Source of the DNA: Octopus vulgaris
Lineage: Eukaryota
Direction of reading: 5' to 3'
Length of the DNA: 64,000 bases
NCBI GenBank assembly: GCA_951406725.2
Contig: OX597821.1
Coordinates: 105,772,001-105,836,000, forward strand
Under the pieces are notes generated by a model. It ran no database searches, was not told the origin of the DNA, and was given only the letters and a program-made list of their open reading frames with translations. A program made the translations under genes and the position numbers. Positions 44,316-56,870 of the stretch are shown here, piece by piece (within the stretch, counting starts at the first letter, position 1; each line of letters opens with the position of its first letter).

Positions 44316-44541
44316 TTTAATATAATCCTTTCTACTCTTGGCACAAGGCCCGAAATTTTGGGGGAAGGGTTCTGTCGATTACATCGACCCCAGTACGCAA
44401 CTGCTACTTAGATTAACGACCCCGAAAGGATGAAAGGAAAAATCGACCTCGGTGGAATTTGAGCTCAGAAGGTAAAGACAGACGAAACACCGCTAAGCAT
44501 TTTTGCTCAGCGTTCTAACGTTTCTGCCAGCTCGACGCCTT
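44316..44541 (-). mobile_element. SINE family B, tail variant 3
   Basis: Core and head on the minus strand; tail GGCCTTGTGCCAAGAGTAGAAAGG. Confidence 0.85.
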
Positions 44542-44586
44542 ACAGTATTAATATAATGTAATGATGCAAATATTTCACATGATGAT

Positions 44587-44808
44587 AAGGCGGGGAGCTG
44601 GCAAAATCGCAAGCACACATCGTGCAGAATTCCTAGCGACATTTAATCTGTTTCTGCAGTATGATTTTAAATTACGCCGACTTCGATTTTGCTTTTCATT
44701 CTTTAGGGGTCGATAAAATAAGAATCGCTTGAGCATCTGATTGATGCCACTGACTTATTCTCACGCGCAAAATTGCTGGCCTCGTGCCAAAATTTGAAGC
44801 CAATATTT
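44587..44808 (+). mobile_element. SINE family B, tail type 2
   Basis: AAGGCGGGGAGCTGGCAAAATCG head, GGGGTCGATAAAATAAG core, GTGCCAAAATTTGAAG tail. Confidence 0.8.
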
Positions 44809-45334
44809 CAGTTGATGAAACTGAATGTCATTATTTGGGAGAAGGAACAGCGTCAAACAAATATATTTTCATGTTTTTCAAAAGCTACAAGCAGGTTATT
44901 AAATAGTCAGAAACTGTCGTGAAATGGTTTTCTGTCTAGACAAGAAAATATGATTGATTATACAAGGTAGAAGTATTTGCTGCAGTCTGTACAGCTTAGA
45001 GCAGATCGTATTTAAAATGTAGATAGGTGAGGCAATGGCAAAAATAGAAAATTATTGTAAATCATCACGTACTTGAAAAACAACTTTGCAGAGAGCTCTT
45101 TTCCATAACTGAGCGGAGAGCAATGAAATATTATTTGCAACACATATAATTGAGAAAATGTTTTGTACGCTAATTGCACAAGTGTACAAGCCTGTACACA
45201 TAAATACTATCAAATGCTTGGTGACTATGCGAAGCAAATGATGAGAATGTCTGGGGAAAAGTTTCAACTTATAAAATGCAAAGATCTGATGAGGAAGAAT
45301 TTTATCTAGATAAGAACGATATACCTCCTGACTA

Positions 45335-45567
45335 AAGGCGGCGAGCTGGCAGAAACGTTAGCACACCGGGCGAAATGTTGAGCGGTATTTCGTCTGCCGT
45401 TATGTTCTGAGTTCAAATTCCGCCGAGGTCGACTTTGCCTTTTATCCTTTCGCGGTCGATAAATTAAGTACCAGTTACGCACTGGGGTCGATGTAATCGA
45501 CTTAATCCCTTTGTCTGTCCTTGTTTGTCCTCTCTGTGTTTTGCTCCTTGTAGGTAGTAAAGAAATA
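45335..45567 (+). mobile_element. SINE family B, full length, young
   Basis: Perfect 15-bp TSD GATATACCTCCTGAC at 45318-45332 and 45568-45582. Confidence 0.95.
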
Positions 45568-46158
45568 GATATACCTCCTGACGGCAATAAGGGGGCAGAT
45601 GATGAATATTATCAAACGCTTGGTAACGATGCAAAGCAAATAAGTGAAATCTCAGTGAAATATCTCAGCTAATAAATGCAAAAATCTGACGAGGGGCAAT
45701 TTGCTCTAGATGAAGACAATACACTTCCGCAAGGAAATAATACGGTGAATGAAGATGAAATATGTTACAGGTTTCTTGGAAATTGAAGTTAAACAGTGAA
45801 CTACCAATAGTAAGTGTTTGTGTTTCATTACTAAAACGAAAATTGATACATAATACTTTAAACATTAAGCTGTAATGTTCACAATACATTAAATCAGAAA
45901 TTATTCCATAATGAGGAATTCAGTTTACAGTTTCATTCAAATTTTCAGAAACGTTCATGTAAATGGGATCTTGAAATATCCAGAATAGGTCTTTTAATTT
46001 GCATGTCTTTACGTTGTACAAGTATTCCTAATTCAATTGTCTCTACTATATATCTGTAATAATAGGTATGTGTGTATGTATGGGGTTGTGCATATACACG
46101 GGATTTTGAGCATTTGTGCATGCTTATGCGTATATGCGTATATCTGCGTGTTTTTATG

Positions 46159-46215
<57 letters not shown>

Positions 46216-46220
<5 letters not shown>

Positions 46221-46423
46221 TTATTAGAGACAAAACCACTATTTTGCAAAACAAACAAGGAAAGACTTAATCAATACATAAAATTTTTTAAGTCTTTCCT
46301 TGTTTGTTTTGCAAAATAGTGGTTTTGTCTCTAATAATATTTTATAATATTTTACTATAAAATTGGATTTAATCCTAAATCTGATTTTTTCCCTGTAAAT
46401 TTGGATTTATTCCCTAATATTTA

Positions 46424-46430
<7 letters not shown>
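46216..46430 (+). mobile_element. Penelope-like terminus with a perfect 55-bp inverted repeat
   Basis: Arms 46216-46270 and 46288-46342, 17-nt loop. The downstream part matches 20081-20200. Embedded in (TA)n. Confidence 0.65.
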
Positions 46431-46468
<38 letters not shown>

Positions 46469-47769
46469 TATATCCGCATATATATATATATATATGCATA
46501 TATCCGCATATATATATATATATGCATATATCCGCATATCTATATATATATGCATCTGAACCGTTACATTACGTGAACGTAGGCGTATCATCACCTGTTG
46601 TCACGCGAACAAATATAGACACGAAAATTCACATATATACATACATACATACGTACATACATACATAGAGACAGACATACAAACACGCACACACATACAC
46701 ACATATACACTCGCACAAACGCACACTCAGACACACATACAAATGCACACACTCGCACACACAGATGTACGCACATTCAACGGGTTTTATTCCGGTTCGG
46801 TCGACCCGATACTTGTTCCAGTGACCAAACAGTCGGACTGAACTCGGACCCTTGTTCCCTGTAAAATGAAATGTGATCTTGTCACCTTTCTGATAAATTT
46901 ATGCACTTTTAAGTATTTGAAAATTCATGATAACAAGTAGATTATAATTTCGTAAGCAGATAGCACTGCTCTCAATGCATATCATCTAATTACAGGTAAA
47001 TATTCTGTATTTTCTTAAATCTGCTTTGATTAAAATGTTTCCTTTCACCCTGGAGATAGTTTATGGAAATTTTATTCAGATTTGAAATTCAAAAGTAAAC
47101 TTACTTTATACAATCCAGTTACGAATGTTTGCACTTGAAAGGTAAACAATTCTGAAGTTCATATTACATCCTGTGATAATTGTTTAAATGGATCAAGATT
47201 TTGATAATGAAATTTGTTTACATAAGTGAGAATAATATATATTATAATTATATTCTTCATCATTTTCATTCTCTCCTCCATTTAAAATTGGTCCGAACTA
47301 TGAAATTTTAATACTGTTCTTAATCTGAATCTGATAATTATTTTGTTCACAATTTCTACTACGCATCAAAGAAGATATCGATTAACAATATCGCCGTTGT
47401 TACGCTTTATATCTTGTTTAGTTAAGGCATATGTAAAATCTCACACTAGCGACTGAAATGTTTCAGCAATTATAACTACGCATTGACATTACAATGTACT
47501 TCTAAATTGGTCAGTAAATATTTGAATATATTTTCATCTTTGTAAATAGATAACTAGTTCGGGGGTATTTATCTCACTATAGAACATGTCACTCGCTCAT
47601 TTGATTATTTTTACCAAAGGTTATGATCAAAGATATTATTTTGTGCGATGCAAATGCTAACAGACGCACGCGTTGTTGGCAGAATTGTAAAAGCAAAATA
47701 AGGCTTATATTAGAAATATTGTAAGAAACAATGGATCCTCGGTCAAATATGCATATTGTGCATTATATA

Positions 47770-48572
47770 CTAGAACGAGCAAAAGCCCCCCCCCCCGTCC
47801 TATGGACGGTGCTGAGTTCTGACACATTTAAACCAAATTTTCTCAAAACAACTTGCCCGACCGTCCTATAGGCCTTCCCTTTGAGAAACACTGATTTAAC
47901 CTAAATTTGAGACACCAGCAAAAGATGAAATAAAGATAGACTTTTTTTCTATTCCAAAGAAAAACGATTTTATTCACACAAATATGCAGCCGAAGAGTTT
48001 AAAGTACCAGAAATGATAAGGCTGTTCACTGGGAGAACACAAACATGGTAAATAATTTATTAGCAAGGAAATAGTATTTTCTTCCTTGAATAAAAAGCAG
48101 TCAATGTTTTCTTTTCATTAAAAAATAATTAAGCATGCCTATACTTCAATAAAACTTTTGATTTTTTTAAACGAAGGTAAGGCAAAAAAAAATTCTTGAG
48201 AAACCAAATAGTCTTTCTTTCTTCATGCCAAGTTTGAAGAAAATATCTCTTTTCCATCTTACTTTTTTGGTCTCTTAAATATACTGCATTTTGTGATATT
48301 ATTTCAATCCAGACGGCAATTCTTGCGCAAACTGCACGTGCATTTTTCGCGTACGCGTACTATCGATCGTAACAGCTAACGTACTTGCACGTTTCCACGG
48401 CTTTATCGATCCCATTCTCACCTGGAATCGATTTTTGTAATTTTTTCAAGACCTATACACACCCTGATACCGTCGGTATCAACATATCAAATTTGAGCGC
48501 AATCGGATGAAGGATGCCCGAGGTACTCAAAGACATACACACAGACAGACAGAACGGGTTTTATATACTAGA
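47770..48572 (-). mobile_element. Non-autonomous Helitron-like element
   Basis: Minus strand starts TCTAGTATATAAAA followed by (TCTG)n and ends with the hairpin CCGTCC-ATA-GGACGG about 20 nt before CTAG|T. Confidence 0.65.
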
Positions 48573-49993
48573 ATAAGAAACATCACGGTGAAAAGAGATC
48601 AAGATAAGTGGCATATACTTTAGATGTAAATATGTGAAATTAAGATGATTTTCAAGTGATATGTTAATTGTCCAAACATACAATTATTCAATATGTTGTC
48701 ACCCAGTTGACTGTTTCTACACGGCGCTGATTTATTCTCCTACTCTAACACTTGACTACATCTTATGTTGAAATCGTATGTGCTTTCCACACCCACAGAT
48801 GAGCCTACGTCCCTGATGAGATGGAAGGCCATTCAATTTTGATACTCCATTATAATGTGTATATCCATGCATCCGTGACTACACTGCTGGATATGTATTT
48901 TTTAATATCATTATTTTTTAATATCACGAGAAAATTGGATGCATTTTCTTATAACAGCAATGACACTAAAAGTCTTCTTCCTTACTTTCCAACACAACGA
49001 TTTTTCAGAGTTTATATTTATTTCAAAGTAGTAATCAGTTTCTACTATCAAATAAAACAAATTTTTTTTGAATAACTAGAAAATTTGCATGTTCTTTCTA
49101 TACACGACCAGATCAATTTTACAGAAATAATCTTTCATATCTGGATTTCTATATGAATACGCCTAAGATGACAATTTCTCCATATATAAATAATTACGAG
49201 AAACCTTCAAAAATAGTACATCTTCCTTTCATTTCGTTTCAGATTTATAAAATAGAAACGTCTATTATAGAAGCCGACCTATTCTGCTTAACATCGACAC
49301 CCATTTAGATTTAGCAAATGACATTTGTTCTCACATTGTATAAAAATTATAGAATTTTTTCATTTAGGATATCTAATTTACAAAAAAAAAAATCAATTTT
49401 CCTTCGCATAGAATTGTTAGCAAAAACAAAAATTGTGTTTAAAGTAGGTATAAGTTCTTCGCTATTAACTGTTTTTTCCTTTTGTTTTGTTTTTAATTAA
49501 AAGTAAAACCAATTTGCTTTCTTTAGGAAAATATCAGGAAGAATTACTTAAAACATGACCTTCTTGAAACAATTGACACAAAACAAAATTTAAAATATAG
49601 AGGTGGTAAACTATGGCCTACAATGTCGAATGTATGTACTAATATCCACTTGCATATATTAAAATTATCAGCAGCCACGCTTATTATTTTCACACTCGAA
49701 CGAAAATTAAAATCCAGAATACTGAAGATAATTACTTAGAATTCTAGATTAAATTTAATTCACGAAACCTTCGAGACGTGATGAAATACAGGAGTCGAGG
49801 CTTCGCTAATAAGTTTGTGATTTATGTAATATAGAGAAAATTAATTAAATATCCATTTAGATATTGAACAGTGTACTGGCAAAGATCACTTTATAACAAA
49901 TGAGTATCCATGCATACACATAATAATTACGCATGCATATAATAAATTCTAATAATTTGATTGCAAACTAGACATACGCGTGCGCGCAGGCTT

Positions 49994-50037
<44 letters not shown>

Positions 50038-50054
50038 GTAAATACAAATACATA

Positions 50055-50220
50055 GGCGCAGGAGCGGATGTGTGGTAGGTAGCTTGCTTACCAACTACAT
50101 GCTTCCGGGTTCTCACGTTCAGTCACCCTGCGTGGCATCATGGGCAAGTGTCTTCTATTATAGCCTCGGGCAGACCAAAGCCTTGTGGATAGATATTGTA
50201 GAAACTGAAACAAGTCCTTC

Positions 50221-50257
<37 letters not shown>

Positions 50258-50467
50258 TATATGTATGTATGTATGTGTGTATGTGTGTGCGTTTGTCCCC
50301 CTATCATCGCTTGGCAACCGATGCTGGTGTGTTTACCTCCCCATAAGCTAACAGAATAAGTACTAGCCTTACAAAGAATTAGTCCTGGGGTGGATTTGTT
50401 CGACTATTAGCGGTGTTCCAGCATGGCCGCAGTCAAATTACTGAAACAACTAAACGAATAAATGAAT
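50055..50467 (+). mobile_element. SINE family A, full length
   Basis: GGCGCAGGAG head to CAGCATGGCCGCAGTCAAATTACTGAAAC tail. Confidence 0.9.
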
Positions 50468-50643
50468 ACATACGTATATACATATAGGCAAAATGCTAGA
50501 TCTACAATCTCTCTAAAAGTTGAACGCAATAGTTGTACTAACAGGCAATGTTCGTAGACTCTTCTACATGGCTGTCCATTCAAACTGGCAACAATGTTGA
50601 AATGACTATGAACATCACTCGTTATATATATATATATATATAT

Positions 50644-50708
<65 letters not shown>

Positions 50709-51289
50709 TGCATATGTATCTGTGTTTATCTTCAGTTAAAGTAAAACAATGTTACATTAACCTAATGGGTTACTGTATGCTATTCAGTACGAATTTATCA
50801 ATCTTAAGCAATTTGATTAATAAGTAGAATTTCTAACAATTGTGTTTGAAAGAGTCGGATGTAAGTGCTTATAAATATTTCATCAAATCTCCTTCAAACG
50901 TGTTCTTATCTACCCTAAATAAGAACAACAAGAAATAATAGAACTGAGCAGCCAGTACTTATTACCTACTTACATTATTTGCGAACCTTTAAACAATAAT
51001 CTCAAATAATATCGACTCATTAATTACAAAGTTTTTCAGTATTGGACTGAACCTTGAACATTTTACCTGTACATTGTGACAGCAAAGGATTGACTCCAAT
51101 ACAAACAAATATTCCGAAAACTACTATGACAACACACAACTAACTACATCGTTTCTGTGAACTACTGATAAACTATAGCAGTGCTTCCTGACATTTTTAC
51201 AGTGATTCCAAACAGTGGTTACTAGCCATTTTATTTAAATGACTTTTCCTACGTACTCCTTTTAATATGCTTCGCTTATGTGCATATAT

Positions 51290-51490
51290 TCTTTTATTGT
51301 TTTATTTGTTTCAGTCATTTTACTGCGGCCATGCTGGAGCACAACCCTACGTTGAAAACTCGACCCCAGAACTTATTCTCTGTAAGCCTAGTACTTACTC
51401 TAGCGGAGTCTTTGCCGAACCGCTAAGTTACGGGGATGTGAACACACCAGCATCGGTTGTCAAGTGATGGTGGGTGGACAAACAAACATA
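51290..51490 (-). mobile_element. SINE family A, 3' half
   Basis: TTGTTTCAGTCATTTTACTGCGGCCATGCTGGAGCA and TTTGCCGAACCGCTAAG. Confidence 0.85.
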
Positions 51491-52250
51491 CACACATGTA
51501 TATTTCTAGCAGTGTAGGTATTCTAACACCCCCAATAATATACATATATACATATATATATATATGTAATACACACACACACGTGCAGGCACACGCACGC
51601 ACGTTCTTTCTCAAACACACACACACACACGACACACATGTATATTTACCTGTGTCCATGTGTAATGGAATGTATTCAATTTCGATCTGAAGCTGAGATC
51701 ACCAATTGTAAAATGTCTACATAAATACCAAAATCATTTGTTTATAACTTATGTGAGCCCCGTGTAGAGGCGATTTAAATTTTGTTTGATACCTAATTGA
51801 TGTAGAGTTATATCATTTTGGTAGAATTTATTAGAAGGAATAAGAAGTTATTGGCCGTTTCCTACTTCAAACATAACAAATGTAGCATATAGAATTGCAG
51901 TAAATTTCCTGAAGGCAATCTTCAGTGATGTGAGACCAAGGTTGTACAACGTTTTCATTAATTGACTGCCTTTCCGCGCGCAGGTTATTCGTACAGTCAT
52001 CTCATAGAGAGATGTAACTACGGTACTCAAGTTTATATACTTAAGGGCAAATTTTGGTGTCGATATACTCATTAACATTACAGTTTGGATATATATGTGT
52101 CTGTACGTGTGTGTCTGTGCGTGTTCAAAAGTCAATGGAATGCTATGTGAAATATAGGAGTTAAGTAGAGAAAATATAAATAACGGACACAAAACAAATT
52201 ATGAGATTTATACCAGTTTTATAATTCTGGACGAACACATTTTTTGTCCA

Positions 52251-52308
<58 letters not shown>

Positions 52309-52619
52309 CATGTGAGTTTGTCTGTGTGTCTGTGTGTGCGTGTGAGTGTCTGCGTGCGTGTAAGACATTTGCGAAATTTGATGTTCATATTTTCATTAAG
52401 TGGAATTAGTATTGTCCTATGATCTCGTGCTTATATGCTATGAATTGTTACTTTGATATACTTAGAGTTAGTTCAATTTCTCCAGCTCAATATTCTCTGC
52501 ATCCATTGCATTTAAAGTCATACAGAAAACATTTTGAAGAAGAAGTAAAATGATATTTTTACATTTAAATCTTGTTATGATATAAATCTCTAATTTGTGC
52601 CCTCAGTGAATTTGTCATA

Positions 52620-53260
52620 ACACAATAACATCGGTCAACGTGGCTGGCAGTTTCCCATTCGTGTATACTTATTTGAGGGGTTTTGATTTCGTTTACATTT
52701 CTTCAAATGTATTTTCCATTATTAGGTTTTGGCGCATAACGGCATGTTCTAATGGACTATGGCGAATGTTTCCGTTTCATATATTCTGTGTAATTTATGA
52801 TGATGATTTGGGTGTATCTGAACTTTTTCTGTCTTTTCGTTATTCTTCGATGTCTATTCCATCTATGCGTGCCATTGCATCCTCTGTTAGAATAAAATAC
52901 TTTCTTTCGACTAGCATCTGTTTTAAATCAAGGAGGTTTCCTTTCTTTTTTCATGTTATGTCAAACATTCGGATTGGAGTCAATTGCACGCATTCTACTA
53001 CGTATATTAAATGGAATTTCGGATTTGATATGTTTGGGGTGATATGAATTAAACAGTAGATATTCTTTAGAATATTTTGTAGCATATGACGGTCACTCTA
53101 TTCATGCCATACTTTATAATCAAGTGTCTTTTTTATGAATAAATTCCATTGTGAACCGAAAAATGTTATTAACGCCATTAAGAATTTGAAGCATCTGGAT
53201 TGTATGTCTACAAGATAAGGTAGTGATCTATCTACAGTTTCTAGTTTTACACTAGATAAT
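52620..53260 (-). mobile_element. Old Penelope-like RT fragment
   Basis: Minus strand: RFTME...SKEYLLFNSYHPKHIKSEIPFNIRSRM...LKQMLVERKY, the same thumb region as 5050-5541. Many stops. Confidence 0.7.
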
Positions 53261-54156
53261 GTTGGCAGTTGATACCGTACTTTGTGTCAGCTTGTTCATG
53301 CATTCTTGTCGTGAACATATTCCCTAGATTTCAATTAAATTACAACCAGGAGTAAATCGTCACATGTGTCCTTAATTTTCCTGGATTCTAGCGAAAGTTT
53401 TATGCTGATTTGATTTTTAATTATCTGCATTTCCAACCCAACGACCGCATACATATGATTTCGTTGATTCATCTTTGTTTCGCATTTGCCTGCAGAACAT
53501 TAATATATATCATCTCGCTAATTTCTCTTATAGTGAATAATTACCACGCGTTCATTAAATCAGCCCCTTCTAGCAGTGGGCTATTACACATCGATGCTAA
53601 CAGAATAGCGATCATGTAAAAGCGGATTAATCAAAAAGAGGAGTGGCTTGGATAACATTCAACGAGGATTTTGATTACATGTATGATTTTATCGATTGAC
53701 AAATTACAAACCTTCATAAGAACAATTCAGTAAATGCTTGTGTAGGAAAGACTCCTTTTCCGAATCTGTTTGTGTTATTGTTGGTTAAACACAAGCAAAC
53801 GCTGATTAAGCAGTTATATGATTAAAGTGGTTCGCTGCATTATTATTCCATCGATTCTCACCTATTTTCAAGGAGAGTAAAGTCATTTACCCCAACTTTT
53901 TTTATTTAATGTTGTATTTTTGCATCGTAACGTTTGATGGTATAGTGGATATGATGTTGTACTCATGATCGCGATAAAAGAATTTCGAATACAGGATGGC
54001 TTCACGTGTTGTCTTTTTGCGTTCAACACTTTATTTTCAGTTGCTCCGATCCACTCAATATTAAATGAGTAGCACTGAGAGTGAAAGTTGGGATCTCGGG
54101 GTCATGCACGTATTATTAACTGAGGTAACCGACGCTGTGAGGCCTAGGAATCAAGA

Positions 54157-54856
54157 CAGTAAGGTCTATGAGACATACAGCTGCTGTTACAACTAATAAA
54201 AATACTAAGTCTACTATTACTACTATTTTGTACATCAGGATTATGTAAATTATCTAATATTTCACTGCTATTTGTAGTTACGGTTTGACTATAAGCAATG
54301 ACCCTTACTTCCATTGGTCATCAACCGTATCCTACCACACTTTAAACCTTTGGCATTTAAACCGGTCATATCCGGGCAAAATCTTCCAACAGTTTTCTTT
54401 TAAACCCAACCACATCTTACCTCTCACATCGAGCCTACATTGTTATTTTAAAATTCAACAGTCACGTCATCAAAGTCTCCAAGCTACAAGATAATTCCTT
54501 ACTGTCCCATAGGCAGTAATGTCTATGAAACATACTACTGCTGCTACAGTTTATAAAAACACTAAGTCAAATACTACTATTTAGTACATCAGGATGATGT
54601 AATTTACCAAATATTTCACTGCTATTTGTAGTGTATATAGGCTTCGACTATATACAATGACCCTTACTTTCCTTGGCCATCGACCGTATCCTACCTCACT
54701 TTAAACCTTTAACATTTAAACTGGTCATATCCGGGCAAAATCTTCGAACTGTTTTATTTTCAAACCAACCAGAGCCTGCCTTTCATATCTAGCCTACATA
54801 GTTATTTTAAAATTTAATATTCACATCATCAAACTCTCCAAGCTAAAAGATAATTC
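54157..54856. repeat. Diverged ~357-bp tandem duplication
   Basis: 54157-54497 and 54514-54856 align throughout (e.g. GTACATCAGGA, CCGTATCCTACC, GGTCATATCCGGGCAAAATCTTC). Confidence 0.9.
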
Positions 54857-54915
54857 AAAACCGTATGACAATATAAGCATTACATTTGACATAGTAATCT
54901 TAACCAAATGGTTAA
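54701..54915. mobile_element. Probable piggyBac-type MITE
   Basis: TTAAACCTTT...AAATGGTTAA termini (TTAA-bounded, degenerate inverted ends). Confidence 0.4.
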
Positions 54916-55476
54916 GTGCATATGGGTAAACTCGCACAGAATTAAATCGAAATTACCAAACTACACCCGCCAAAAACGTTGTGAAACTCTCCTGCTTCCC
55001 GTCTTTACTTTCACTTTCATAAACTGGCCATTTTCAATATTTATCTATGAAATATCAGTGAAGTGTTATATCTAGTTTCTCATTAGATTATTGACTGTAA
55101 AATATATAGTATTCGAGCGAAAATAAGTAAGCGCAAAAAGGAAGACGTCTAATGAATGTGAAAAGGAATGGAATCAATCAATAACTTAACTTTGTAGCCA
55201 TCGATCTATGTCAAATAAAAGAGCATTTAAACGCTAGCTTAGTAAAAGAACAATATCAGTTATTCGTTATGAAATTTAATCAAACCATCTTACGAAGAGA
55301 AATGAGTCGTAAAATAAGACGCAACGTCCAGATATGAGAGTGTGTTATATTCAATAACGGCTTTTGTTTGATTTTTGTTTTCAGTTTTTGTTATTTACTG
55401 ACTGTGATTATGTTTTTATAACACCATTACATACGTAAGCTATACACTCACATACCAACATACATTACATACATAC

Positions 55477-55516
<40 letters not shown>

Positions 55517-55658
55517 GACGACATATTTATCCAATGCATATATATAGGTGTGTGAATATGCACATATATATAGATATGTGAGTGGGAGGTGTGTATAAAT
55601 ATATATGTTTACATATATCTATATATATACATATATAAACATATATATTATATATATA

Positions 55659-55697
<39 letters not shown>

Positions 55698-55732
55698 ACC
55701 ACACTCACATATCTATATACAGGGATATATAC

Positions 55733-55902
<170 letters not shown>

Positions 55903-56274
55903 GAACACTCACCTACACAAATACACGTACACACACAGATGCTCACAAAAACACACGCATATAGTTAGAAAAATTAAAACAAAATGAAAATTACAAAAAA
56001 AAAATGCAGGAAATTATGTCTGGTTAAAATTTTGTTAGGTTGTCGAATTACTCTATTATTTTGTTTATTATTACGTTGACATTTATCTTTTACCACAATT
56101 TTTGAGACATAACAATCGCTATCAGTACCGTCGCCAACATAAACATTGGTCATAAGGTGATGGGGTCTGCACGCTTGATTAATTTACAAGATATAACATT
56201 CGTATAGCGCTGAGATAAGTACTTACCTTCTCAAATACAAGACATAGTGGGATTCATCATAAGCGCATGCATTA

Positions 56275-56356
<82 letters not shown>

Positions 56357-56406
56357 CATAATTACTATTATCTAAAAATAATAGTAATAATAATAATGAT
56401 AATGGT

Positions 56407-56716
56407 AAAAATACAAAGACCTGGAAATAGAGGTAACTAGAATGTGGAATCTGAAAACAGAAACAATTCCTATCATAGTAGGTGCATTAGGCATGATAAA
56501 AAAAATATTCAGACAAATACATAACAAAAACACCAGGACTTACAAACACATATAACATACAGAAAATTGCACTACTAGGCACTGCACACATCCTACGCAG
56601 AACACTTTCCATACAATAACCATCAGAGCATCACAACAAATCACAGCACATACCCAAGGCACACAGAGATGCGCTCGGTAGTGAAGTGAAAGCACGCTAT
56701 AAAAATAAAACTACTG
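56407..56716 (+). mobile_element. 5'-truncated R4/Dong-like family 1 fragment within (AAT)n
   Basis: KYKDLEIEVTRMWNLKTETIPIIVGALGMIKK...LLGTAHILR. The 3' UTR ends AGTGAAAGCACG..ACTACTG-(AAT)n, as at 27107-27413. Confidence 0.92.
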
Positions 56717-56761
56717 AATAATAATAATAATAAAACTAATAATAATAACAACAACAACAAC

Positions 56762-56796
<35 letters not shown>

Positions 56797-56803
56797 TAAT
56801 AAC

Positions 56804-56859
<56 letters not shown>

Positions 56860-56870
56860 TAATAATTATT

